Below, piece by piece: positions 16,919 to 24,894 of a stretch of 64,000 nucleotides of DNA (positions are counted from its first letter, which is position 1; each line of letters opens with the position of its first letter). The notes beneath the pieces were generated by a model that made no database searches, had not been told where the DNA came from, and worked only from the letters and a program-made list of their open reading frames with translations. The stretch covers positions 11,810-75,809 of IMG/VR virus record IMGVR_UViG_3300031251_000010. One strand, written 5' to 3'. This stretch comes from a virus. The position numbers were made by a program, and so were the translations under genes.

Positions 16919-18619
16919 CTACAGGTCGCCGCGCGCGAAGTCCGAGATGAGCTGCGGTACAGCGCTATCGAACCCGGACACGTCCAGCTGGCGCGGGTCC
17001 GTGGGATTAGCGATGGTCTGCCGACCGCCGGTCATCGCGACAACCATCAGGCTGGTATCCAGACCGAGCTTGTTCCGGTACTCGGTGAGCGCCTGGTGCG
17101 GATGGATGCTCCCGTACCAGGTTTCGTTGTCGGTGAGGATCACGATGGCGTCGTAGGAACGCTTCTGCGCCTTGGCCCACACCATCGGTAGCGCGCAGTC
17201 CGTGGCGCCCATGGGCAGGTCGCGGGTGTACCGGCACACGTCATCAAGGCGGCGACGCGGCGAGATGTCCAGCTCTGTAATACCGGGTGCGTTGAAGCTG
17301 CCACGAGAGCCTGCGGTGAATCCGATGATGTCGTGGCTGGGCTCCACGTTGGCGATCACCAGTGCGAGCGCGGCGGCGGCCTCGCGGCACGTGAGGGGCA
17401 TCCCCGAGATGGCCGCGCACATGGAGCCGGAGATGTCCAGCGCCAGCAGGGTCCGCTTACCCGAGGGCTCGACGGCGCCGTAGGCGTTGTAGAACGCCGC
17501 ATCCAGCGCGTCAACGATGCGCCGGTTCGGCGTCCAGGCGGACTCACCGCGCGCCGAGTGCCCGGAGGCGTAGGTGCGCTGCGCGACAAGGACGTTGACC
17601 GGGTGGACGCGGCCCTTCCGTAGCCGCTCGGTGTCCTGGAGCTGCGCGGTGACCCGGCTGGCGAGCTGACCGTTCAGCACGCCGAGGCGGGTCAGGCGGG
17701 GCAGCTGTCGCATGAGGGCGGTCTGCGGTAGGCCGTGCTCGATCAGCGCTTCCCAGATCGCGGGCTCGGTGAGAGCCTTGTCGGGGAAAGCTTCCCACGG
17801 CAGGCCGTTGCCCCGGCGGATGATCGCCAGCCACTCCTTGGCGGTGGTGGCGCGCTGCGCGGCCTCGTAGTCCGCGATGATGGCGAGCGGGTGCCCGTCA
17901 GCAAGTTCCACATTGGGCAGCTTCGGTAGCGTGGGGTTGCGCTCTCCGGCCTTGAGCTGCTCCGGGGTGAGGAGCGGCTGCTTCCAGTTGTAGTCGTTCA
18001 GGCCCTTGCCGACAGCCCAGTTGAACGCCATGCGGCGGGCCGGGTCGGCGGTGCGGGGGCCACTGAGCCGGAGCATGTCGCGGTGGGTCCAGCCGTCGCG
18101 CTGCCGGTACTTGACCAGCTGGTAGGCGAGCCGGTCCACCGGCTTGTCCAGGTACCAGCTGGAGACGGCGCGCTTCATCGCCGGTCCCCAACCCCGGAAC
18201 TGCTCCATGTACTTGGTGAACAGGTACAGGTGGGTGGCGGTGCGCGCGACTCGGGGCAGCGCAGCTGCGGCGGCACGGCGGCCATCCACGTTCTCGGCGG
18301 CCGACGCAATCGCGAGCGCGAACAGGGCCGGGTTCTGCTTGGGGGCGCGTCCAGCCTCGGAGACCTCAACGATCTTCTGCACGAGGGTCACGGGATCGGT
18401 TGCGGCGAGCCGGATCACGACATCGGCAGCGTCGCGGGTCAGATCCTCGGCGGAGGTGTAGTAGGTGCCGCCGGTAGTACCGAGCGTCAGGAACCGGTGC
18501 AGCCGGGTCCAGTCGTCGGCCTGGAAGGTGTAGCCCCCGGCGGCGTTCTTGACCTGGCGCGGGTCCGCCTTCTGGGACTGGGGGGTGCGCCGCGTGCTGA
18601 TCGAGGATAGAACGTCCAC
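16919..18619 (-). CDS. rsr: Ro60/Rsr RNA-binding protein (TROVE + vWA)
   Basis: QVKNAAGGYTF, RLHRFLTLGTTGGTYY, KYRQRDGWTHRDMLRL, MIDAS DISGSM, TDCALPM, TDNETW, GFDSAVP; AAGGAG RBS. Confidence 0.97.
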   Translation of the reverse strand: MDVLSSISTRRTPQSQKADPRQVKNAAGGYTFQADDWTRLHRFLTLGTTGGTYYTSAEDLTRDAADVVIRLAATDPVTLVQKIVEVSEAGRAPKQNPALFALAIASAAENVDGRRAAAAALPRVARTATHLYLFTKYMEQFRGWGPAMKRAVSSWYLDKPVDRLAYQLVKYRQRDGWTHRDMLRLSGPRTADPARRMAFNWAVGKGLNDYNWKQPLLTPEQLKAGERNPTLPKLPNVELADGHPLAIIADYEAAQRATTAKEWLAIIRRGNGLPWEAFPDKALTEPAIWEALIEHGLPQTALMRQLPRLTRLGVLNGQLASRVTAQLQDTERLRKGRVHPVNVLVAQRTYASGHSARGESAWTPNRRIVDALDAAFYNAYGAVEPSGKRTLLALDISGSMCAAISGMPLTCREAAAALALVIANVEPSHDIIGFTAGSRGSFNAPGITELDISPRRRLDDVCRYTRDLPMGATDCALPMVWAKAQKRSYDAIVILTDNETWYGSIHPHQALTEYRNKLGLDTSLMVVAMTGGRQTIANPTDPRQLDVSGFDSAVPQLISDFARGDL

Positions 18620-18644
18620 CGTGTGCTCCTTGCTGGGTTAGGTA

Positions 18645-18719
18645 GCGCGGGCGTGTGAGTGACCGCCGGGGTTCATCCAGTTGCGAGGTTGGGGTAACCG
18701 ACCGTCGTCCTGCTCGCGC
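18645..18719 (-). ncRNA. Y RNA-like unit 1 (minimal; scaffold only, no tRNA module)
   Basis: GCGCG/CGCGC closing stem; conserved GAGCAGGACG..GUCGGUUA and CCGG..ACACGCCC strands; 25 nt upstream of Ro60. Confidence 0.78.
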
Positions 18720-18734
18720 CAAGGGGGTTCGGGT

Positions 18735-18855
18735 GATGTGGGCGTGTACGTGCTGACCGGGATTTCGCTTTACACCCGCACCGAGGCACGGGCGACAGGG
18801 GTCGAACCTGCATTAACCAATTGAGTGATAACCGACCGAGCGTCCTGCTCACATC
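18735..18855 (-). ncRNA. Y RNA-like unit 2 (T-arm and acceptor-like hairpin; no recognisable D-arm)
   Basis: GAUGUG/CACAUC stem; GCAGG-UUCGACC-CCUGU; CGCCCGUGC-CUCG-GUGCGGGUG. Confidence 0.82.
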
Positions 18856-18890
18856 GAAAAGCTATGGAGTTATTGATGATTCGCGTAGGT

Positions 18891-19032
18891 GGTGTGGGCG
18901 TGTGATTGCTGACCGGGTTTTTAGGTGCTCTACCAAGCTGAGCTATACGGACGCACTACGCGCCCGCAGCTGGATTTGAACCAGCGACCACCCGCTCCAG
19001 ATGCGATAACCGACCTGCGTCCTGCTCACACC
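18891..19032 (-). ncRNA. yrlA: YrlA-class Y RNA unit 3 (permuted class I tRNA mimic)
   Basis: GGUGUG/CACACC stem; T-arm GCUGG-UUCAAAU-CCAGC comes before a closed acceptor hairpin and D-arm UA-GCUC-AGCUUGGUA-GAGC. Confidence 0.9.
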
Positions 19033-19054
19033 GACTACTACGAAGCCTTGGGGG

Positions 19055-19190
19055 TGATGCGGGCGTGTGTGTGCTGACCGGGGTTAAGCGCTCTACCGAC
19101 TGAGCTACAGCTGCCGAAACGGCTGACGGGACTCGAACCCGCGACCTCTCCATTAGCAAGTGGTAACCGACCTGCGTCCTGCTCGCATCA
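19055..19190 (-). ncRNA. yrlA: YrlA-class Y RNA unit 4 (permuted class I tRNA mimic)
   Basis: UGAUGCG/CGCAUCA stem; AGGUC-GCGGG-UUCGAGU-CCCGU; acceptor CAGCCGU-UUCG-GCAGCUG; D-arm UAGCUCAGUCGGUAGAGCG. Confidence 0.9.
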
Positions 19191-19213
19191 TCAAATGTGA
19201 AGTTGTATCCGGG

Positions 19214-19385
19214 GGATGGCGTGGGCGTGTGAGGTGCCTGCCGGCGTTGATCTTGGATCAATGCATTCGGCCGCTCTGCCACGTCCACCTGGTGAGCCCG
19301 AAGCTCTTACCCGGAGGACGGCGGGATTCGAACCCGCGATCTGATGATTTTCAGATAACCGACTCGCGTCCTGCTCACGCCATCC
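19214..19385 (-). ncRNA. Y RNA unit 5 (permuted class II, Leu/Ser-like tRNA mimic)
   Basis: 10-bp GGAUGGCGUG/CACGCCAUCC stem; variable-arm hairpin AUCUGA/UCAGAU; T-arm GCGGG-UUCGAAU-CCCGC; D-arm GUGGCAGAGCGGCCGAAUGC; hairpin UUGA-UCCAAGA-UCAA. Confidence 0.87.
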
Positions 19386-19408
19386 ATGTTTTGTTGACTA
19401 CGCAAAGA

Positions 19409-19439
19409 ACTATACCTCAGTAATGCCTGTTCAGGGCAT
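19409..19439 (-). promoter_or_regulatory. Candidate promoter of the Y-RNA/Ro60 operon with an inverted repeat over the -35 region
   Basis: TATAGT -10 at 19414-19409; ATGCC-N7-GGCAT at 19423-19439; AT-rich upstream. Confidence 0.5.
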
Positions 19440-19558
19440 ATTTTTTGAGTAAATAGCTATTCGCTAGCCTGCGTCTCCTGCACCAGGGGAAGTATGCCGT
19501 CGCGCCCCTCCAGCTGGCTACCGATTATCGGCCAGTCGAAGGTCATGCGCCCTTGGGA

Positions 19559-20107
19559 TTACCGAACAAGCTCCGTGCAGATCGTAAACATGCGGATGGG
19601 GTGTTGGTATCCGACGGGGCACATGTCAGCGGTCCTGGCGCCGAGGACCACCCTGGTCGGCCGGAAGCGACTCACAGCTGTGGCGTCGTCGCATGCCACG
19701 GCCCGTGTGGCGTCATCGGTGATGCTCAGGCAGTTTGAGCTGGTCCAGTTCAGGTCCAGGCATGCGGTCCATTCACCTGCGGCAGTGTTTCGGTAGTAGC
19801 GCCGGTCCACGTCGCGGACACAGTCTTTCGGCTCGATGACACGTTGCACGATCCGGTGGGTAGCGTCTGGAGCGTCGCACTTCGTCAGTTTCATCGCAGC
19901 ATCGTGGCGCGGGCCGGTGATCTTGACGCATGCGCCCACCGGGGCGTCGTCCGCTCCTGCGGCTGTCGTGGTGGCAGGGGTGGGGAACTGTCCGGGGATC
20001 TGCGCGAAGTTGGAGTCGGCTTTCAGTGCTTCGGTGGGGGTCTCGCATCCCGATAGCGATAGCGCTAACACCGCAACACCGACCGCGAGGGCGCTTGCTC
20101 GCCTCAC
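19559..20107 (-). CDS. LppU-like lipoprotein
   Basis: Lipobox LSGC; APVGACVKI...CD.PDA.HRIVQRV..PKDC..DVDRRYY...WTACLDLNW. Confidence 0.8.
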   Translation of the reverse strand: MRRASALAVGVAVLALSLSGCETPTEALKADSNFAQIPGQFPTPATTTAAGADDAPVGACVKITGPRHDAAMKLTKCDAPDATHRIVQRVIEPKDCVRDVDRRYYRNTAAGEWTACLDLNWTSSNCLSITDDATRAVACDDATAVSRFRPTRVVLGARTADMCPVGYQHPIRMFTICTELVR

Positions 20108-20613
20108 TTGGCGTCGGCCCTGAACGTCTCCACACTCATGACTTTCCATTGCCCATTGAGTCGATACATGCTGTACCGGACCCGCGCTCCGGTGTAATAG
20201 TACATATTCTCCGGTTTTGCGTTTTTCTGGTCCTCGAATTCGGTGTAGACGAACGCATCGTAGACGAGATCGCCGCGCGCAAGAATGCCGAAATCGGCAA
20301 TATGCATTGGCCCGTGGTCCAGTATCTCCGACGCCATCTCGCGGACATACCCCGTTTTATAGAACGGGTTGAGGTGTTCTTCGGCTATGCCAGTCGATAG
20401 CGATTCAAGGCGTTTGAGGTCACCAGAATTCAATGCATCGACATATTGCTCGATCACCTGGCGTACTTCTGCATCGTATTTATCCGATGTGGTGCTGGGG
20501 TGCTGCATGCACAGAACATAGGTCAGCAGCGAGGCGATGGCAATCGTGGCTACCCAGGCCACTCCGACCACCGCCGCGCGCCGACTAAATCTCTCGCGAA
20601 GGTAAGTAATCAT
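20104..20613 (-). CDS. Membrane-anchored NTF2-like protein (candidate immunity/accessory protein)
   Basis: N-terminal TM; VRQVIEQYVDALNSGD; C-terminal RLNGQWKV. Confidence 0.7.
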   Translation of the reverse strand: MITYLRERFSRRAAVVGVAWVATIAIASLLTYVLCMQHPSTTSDKYDAEVRQVIEQYVDALNSGDLKRLESLSTGIAEEHLNPFYKTGYVREMASEILDHGPMHIADFGILARGDLVYDAFVYTEFEDQKNAKPENMYYYTGARVRYSMYRLNGQWKVMSVETFRADAK

Positions 20614-21971
20614 GCGGTAGGCCCCTTTTCAAGGCACTGGAGGGTGCTTGAATAGGACGGGACCGCCCAAATTCCCTCAACGAACTCTGTTACCTGGAAT
20701 CCTTCTTTGAACCGGCGAAAATAGTTCGACTGACCGCCGATGGATTGGTTGAGAGCGATATCCATGGGAAGCACTTGGCGGTCATCGACTGCTGTTCCAC
20801 CCCATGTTAGATCCGGCATGTGGCCCGGCGCTTTGCCTTTAAAGGCATCTTCACCAAAGATTGCTATCGCCCTCTTGATATCGTCTTTTCGGCGGGTGTC
20901 CATGCCAGCGGTCGTACGTTTGACTACTATGCCGCCCTTTTCCTCATTCTTCTCAATCAGTTTATTTCCGCCGTTTATATAGTCCTTCATGCCGTCTATC
21001 TGGAATTGTGATGGGTTCTTGACATCCTTGGGGTAGCAGATCGGAACCCTGCCCTTGCAACCCGGCTCCCCGGTCTTGCACTCCTCGGAAAAGTTATCCA
21101 TCCAAGGATCGATGTAGTCATTGCACACCTGCTTGGCAGCCGGGTTAGGTATCAGCTTGCACAGCGGATTCTGCGGCTTACGATCCGGTGGGCAGTCTGT
21201 ACATTCAAGCGGCTCAATCGGCAAGCGGCCGGGAGAACGCTCACCGCCCGGTCCTAGTGTTCCGCCGCCGCCCTTGGGCTTGGGCAGCACCTCGTCGGCC
21301 GCGTCCCCAACCTGCTGAACGACGTCAGCGACCTGCCCGGCAGTCTCGGTCAGCTGGTCCATCTGCTGCGACATCGCCTGGCAGCGCTGCTGCCGCTGCT
21401 GGTCACCCTGGTCCTGCTGGTCCTGCTGGTCCTGCTGGTCTTGCTGCTCGGGCTGGTTCTGCTGCTGACTTTGTTGCGGCGACTGCTGCTGCCCCTGCTG
21501 TGGCGACTGCTGACCCTGCTGAGGTGAACTCTGCTGCGGCGCTTGATAATCAGGGTTCGGCTTACCCGGCCCCTGCGTGTACCCCGGCGCGGTCGAATAA
21601 TCGGGAATCTGGGTACCGTGAGCGGGCTGATCCCAGCCCTGTTGGGGCTGTTGTCCGCCTTGCTGACCTCCGGCTTGTTGCCCGGCCTGCGGCGCGCCGG
21701 AATTGTAAATTGAGATCCCCGAATTCTGGTCCAGGGGCGGTAAGTTGTTGCCGCCCTGGTAATCCGGCATCGACGGCGGTTGCGCGGGCGGTTGGAACTG
21801 CGAGCCCCCGCCGTCGGTCATGCCGCCCGTAGGCCCAGGCGGGCCAGTCGGCTCCGCTCCCACCGTCGCCAACGTGGAGAACCCGCTGCCCGGCGCCGTG
21901 TGCAGAGTCGCGACCTCGACCGTGCCCGCCCCCACTGCCAGGACTGCGACCGCAACTAGTGCCGCACGCAC
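20610..21971 (-). CDS. Secreted protein with Gln-rich linker and C-terminal polymorphic-toxin-like (HNH/Ntox15-like) domain
   Basis: Signal peptide VRAALVAVAVLAVG (GTG 21971, AAGGAAG RBS); Q/P-rich region; GHMPDLTWGG...LNQSIGGQ motif. Confidence 0.7.
   Translation of the reverse strand: MRAALVAVAVLAVGAGTVEVATLHTAPGSGFSTLATVGAEPTGPPGPTGGMTDGGGSQFQPPAQPPSMPDYQGGNNLPPLDQNSGISIYNSGAPQAGQQAGGQQGGQQPQQGWDQPAHGTQIPDYSTAPGYTQGPGKPNPDYQAPQQSSPQQGQQSPQQGQQQSPQQSQQQNQPEQQDQQDQQDQQDQGDQQRQQRCQAMSQQMDQLTETAGQVADVVQQVGDAADEVLPKPKGGGGTLGPGGERSPGRLPIEPLECTDCPPDRKPQNPLCKLIPNPAAKQVCNDYIDPWMDNFSEECKTGEPGCKGRVPICYPKDVKNPSQFQIDGMKDYINGGNKLIEKNEEKGGIVVKRTTAGMDTRRKDDIKRAIAIFGEDAFKGKAPGHMPDLTWGGTAVDDRQVLPMDIALNQSIGGQSNYFRRFKEGFQVTEFVEGIWAVPSYSSTLQCLEKGPTA
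21390..21540. repeat. Low-complexity CAG-rich tandem repeats (QQD/QQS coding), including (TGGTCCTGC)n
   Basis: Visible 9-bp tandem units at about 21409-21445. Confidence 0.7.
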
Positions 21972-22312
21972 CCGCTTCCTTGCGCGTTGAACCTGTGGCT
22001 TGTTTGGCGGGTGTTGCAGTACTCGACACCAGTGTGATTTGCACTGGTTGCCTGGGGAGGGGTTGCCAGAGGCCATGGGGAAGACATTAGAGCACGGTGA
22101 TCTGCGGTAAAAGCTGTTCTAGAAAACAAATCAAGATCTTTGCGGCTGAGCAGTCGGCGACCTGCGGAAAGGTAGCTTTGTGTGTCAGCTCCCGGACAAG
22201 CGGTGCGTTCAATGACTGCTCGCGAGCTGCGGTGCTTATACCGTCGCAACCATCGAACGTCCCAATTGGCTGGTGATAAGCTACGGCAAACAGGCGGCGA
22301 GGGGGGTTGCGG

Positions 22313-22639
22313 GTGACTGAGCAGCTGGAAGTTGATCTTGATGCTCTGGGGAAGTTATCCCCTGAGTTGCAAGGCTTGGCAACGAAGTTGACCACGGCCG
22401 CCAATAGCCACTCCGGCGTGGAGTCGGGCGGTTCGCCCGCGACGACTGCCATCCGCGCCTTGGTGGAGAAGTCGATACCCGGCGTACAGCGCACGTTGGC
22501 GGCGCGGCTGAATACCGTGGCCGATTTGTCCCAGCAAGCCAAGACGCAGTTCGGCGACACCGAGGCACACATACAGCAGACCATCAGATCCGCGGCGGGG
22601 CTGGCGCTCACACGCGATGTCCCGATCGGGGATCACTGA
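22313..22639 (+). CDS. Small WXG100/ESX-like helical protein
   Basis: LEVDLDALGKLS...LA helical hairpin of about 108 aa; coupled to a large WXG protein. Confidence 0.7.
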   Translation: MTEQLEVDLDALGKLSPELQGLATKLTTAANSHSGVESGGSPATTAIRALVEKSIPGVQRTLAARLNTVADLSQQAKTQFGDTEAHIQQTIRSAAGLALTRDVPIGDH

Positions 22640-24894
22640 TGTCCGCCCGCTCGTACAAGCTCCTGCTGTCCACGCCCACGAAGGCGAACATCGAACTGAT
22701 GCGCCAGACCATGGTGGCCGCCGTAGAGATCCAGCAGACCGGGGCCGACTACAAGAACGCAGTAGAGCGCCCGGACGGCCACCCGTGGGAAGGCGCGACG
22801 GCGGACGCCGCCCGCGAGACTGCCGGCAGCGACGAGAAGGTGTTCTTCGGGACCGGGCAATCGATCCTCAACGACGCCCCGAAGGTGATCGACACCCTTT
22901 CCCAGGCGTTGGAGCACCAGAACGCCACCATCGCTCTGCATGACGATGCGATCAGCAACCACTACAAGGTGGCCGATGATCTGACCGTCGAGTGGGAGGT
23001 GCCGAAGGGGGCGTCCGAGGAGAACATCGCCAAGGGCAAGCAGTACGCCGCGAACCTGCAAAAGATGCTGCAAGCCAAGTACGACGCGTGGGCGGCAGCC
23101 GATCTACAGGCGGCCAACGAGGTCAAGGCCATGGACCTCGATACCCTGCTGGCGCCCGTGGGTGGGTTGGACGCCGCGCGCGGAAACGAGGATGGTTCCG
23201 CGCTGCAAGGCGGCTACATCGACCCCGAGCTGATCAAGCGGGTACGGGCCGCCGGGTTCCTGTCGCCCGAGCAGGTGGCCGCGCTGGCTGACGGCAAGAC
23301 GGTGACCATTCCGTCCAACCAGATGCAGTACCTGTATCAGCTGTCCCGCTCGCTGGACGGTAAGACACCGGGCGAGGTCAACGCGTTCCTCAATGGAATC
23401 AAGAGCCCTGAGGACCGTACGGCGGTCAAGGACGCGCTGGCGATGGTGTCCAACCGGAACATCCGCTCCGGGGTGGACAACAAAGCCGGGGTCACCGAGG
23501 CCACACGCGCCAACTTCATCCCGGCGGCGGGCTCGGTGTCGAATCTGCCCGATGGGCTTCGCGAAGCCCTGACGCGACCCGACCGGGTGGGTACCTCGTT
23601 CGACAACGCGGCACGGGGGTACGGCGGACCGCAGACCGAACTACGTGGCGTCGGTGATCTCCAAGATGTCGCCAAGATCTTCAACGGCGTCACGCCGGGA
23701 TACCTCAACGGATCGGACGCCACGCAGGCGATGCTCGGCGCCGCGTCCGACTACTCAAACGCCGAGATCCACACCTGGGACAAGGACTGGAAAAACCTCA
23801 GCGGCAGTATCACCTCCGATGCCCATGGCGACTTCAAATCCGCCGTAGCCGACATCTTCCAGGGCGCCAGCAGCGACCACGTGGACATCGCCGACATGGC
23901 CAAGAAAGCCGCCGACCTGCCCAGCTCTACCGACTCACTTCTGAGCGCGATCAACGACAACCGCTGGAACGGGCAGGACGCCAAACTCGCCGACGTATTC
24001 AACTGGGCCGCAGACGATCCCGGCAACCCGCTCGCCCAGCAGGTCGCCAACGCCGAGGGTCATTTCCTCGGAAACCCGGACAACCAGGAGACGCTGCGGG
24101 GCATGCCTGGACCGCACATGAACTTAGGTGAGGGCGATTCATTCGCCGAGGCGAACCCCCATCTGGCCCAGAGCGCGGCCCGGCTCGACGCCCCGCACAT
24201 CGCCGAGCTCAATGGGGCACAGAACCCCAACGCGCCCGAGATCAAGGCGTTCGACTTGCCCGATCAGGGCAAGAATCTGATGGCTAACCTCGACCGCAAT
24301 GAGGACGCAGCTCGGATCATCAACGGCGGTGCGTACCACGGGTACATGGAGAACCTCGCCGACGCAGCGCAAATGCCCACGGACACCCCGCAAGAGCGTG
24401 CCACCCAGGATCACGCCTTCCAGGTGGGCGGCCAGATACAGCATGGAATGCTCGACGGCGCGGCCGACGCTGGCACAGAGCCGCCGGAGAAATCGATCAA
24501 GAAGCTCGGCGAATGGTTCAGCGGTCAGGCGGGAGTAGACAAGCCCCTCGGGCTGCTGGAAGGTGTCGACAAGGCTGTGCACGGAGATGCCAACCCCGCC
24601 GACGCGGCGCGTTCGATGGTCTCCACTGGTGATTACGGATTCAGCACGACCGACAGCTACAAGGCGATACTCGATGGCCTCATTCAAGCGAACCCGGACA
24701 TTGCCAGCAGCGAGGGAGTGAAGGACTACATCACCGGCGGCCACCTCGATCCGTTCAAGATCGCTGCGGACCCCAACGCCGAGACCGCCCTGAAAGCTGC
24801 CCTGGATAGCAATAACTTCAACACCGACCACTGGGCAATCCAGGAGTCGTTGGGAAACAACGGGGTTCATCAACGATGGCAACCACACGGGTAG
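22639..24894 (+). CDS. Large ESX (type VII)-substrate-like / polymorphic toxin-like protein
   Basis: N-terminal WEGATADAA (WxG) motif, YKVADDLTV; C-terminal domain unrecognised. Confidence 0.75.
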   Translation: MSARSYKLLLSTPTKANIELMRQTMVAAVEIQQTGADYKNAVERPDGHPWEGATADAARETAGSDEKVFFGTGQSILNDAPKVIDTLSQALEHQNATIALHDDAISNHYKVADDLTVEWEVPKGASEENIAKGKQYAANLQKMLQAKYDAWAAADLQAANEVKAMDLDTLLAPVGGLDAARGNEDGSALQGGYIDPELIKRVRAAGFLSPEQVAALADGKTVTIPSNQMQYLYQLSRSLDGKTPGEVNAFLNGIKSPEDRTAVKDALAMVSNRNIRSGVDNKAGVTEATRANFIPAAGSVSNLPDGLREALTRPDRVGTSFDNAARGYGGPQTELRGVGDLQDVAKIFNGVTPGYLNGSDATQAMLGAASDYSNAEIHTWDKDWKNLSGSITSDAHGDFKSAVADIFQGASSDHVDIADMAKKAADLPSSTDSLLSAINDNRWNGQDAKLADVFNWAADDPGNPLAQQVANAEGHFLGNPDNQETLRGMPGPHMNLGEGDSFAEANPHLAQSAARLDAPHIAELNGAQNPNAPEIKAFDLPDQGKNLMANLDRNEDAARIINGGAYHGYMENLADAAQMPTDTPQERATQDHAFQVGGQIQHGMLDGAADAGTEPPEKSIKKLGEWFSGQAGVDKPLGLLEGVDKAVHGDANPADAARSMVSTGDYGFSTTDSYKAILDGLIQANPDIASSEGVKDYITGGHLDPFKIAADPNAETALKAALDSNNFNTDHWAIQESLGNNGVHQRWQPHG

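Noticed and set aside
18956-19288. 110-aa minus-strand ORF (and the 19160-19423 plus-strand ORF)
   Set aside because: They overlap the structured RNA units and translate tRNA-like motifs (RVRVP, VAQSVER, GSNPA), so they are spurious.
18645-19385. CRISPR array or tRNA gene cluster
   Set aside because: The conserved blocks are two different, mutually pairing motifs around structured inserts of unequal length, and no cas genes are present. The tRNA arms are in permuted order (T before D) with closed acceptor stems and no CCA end.
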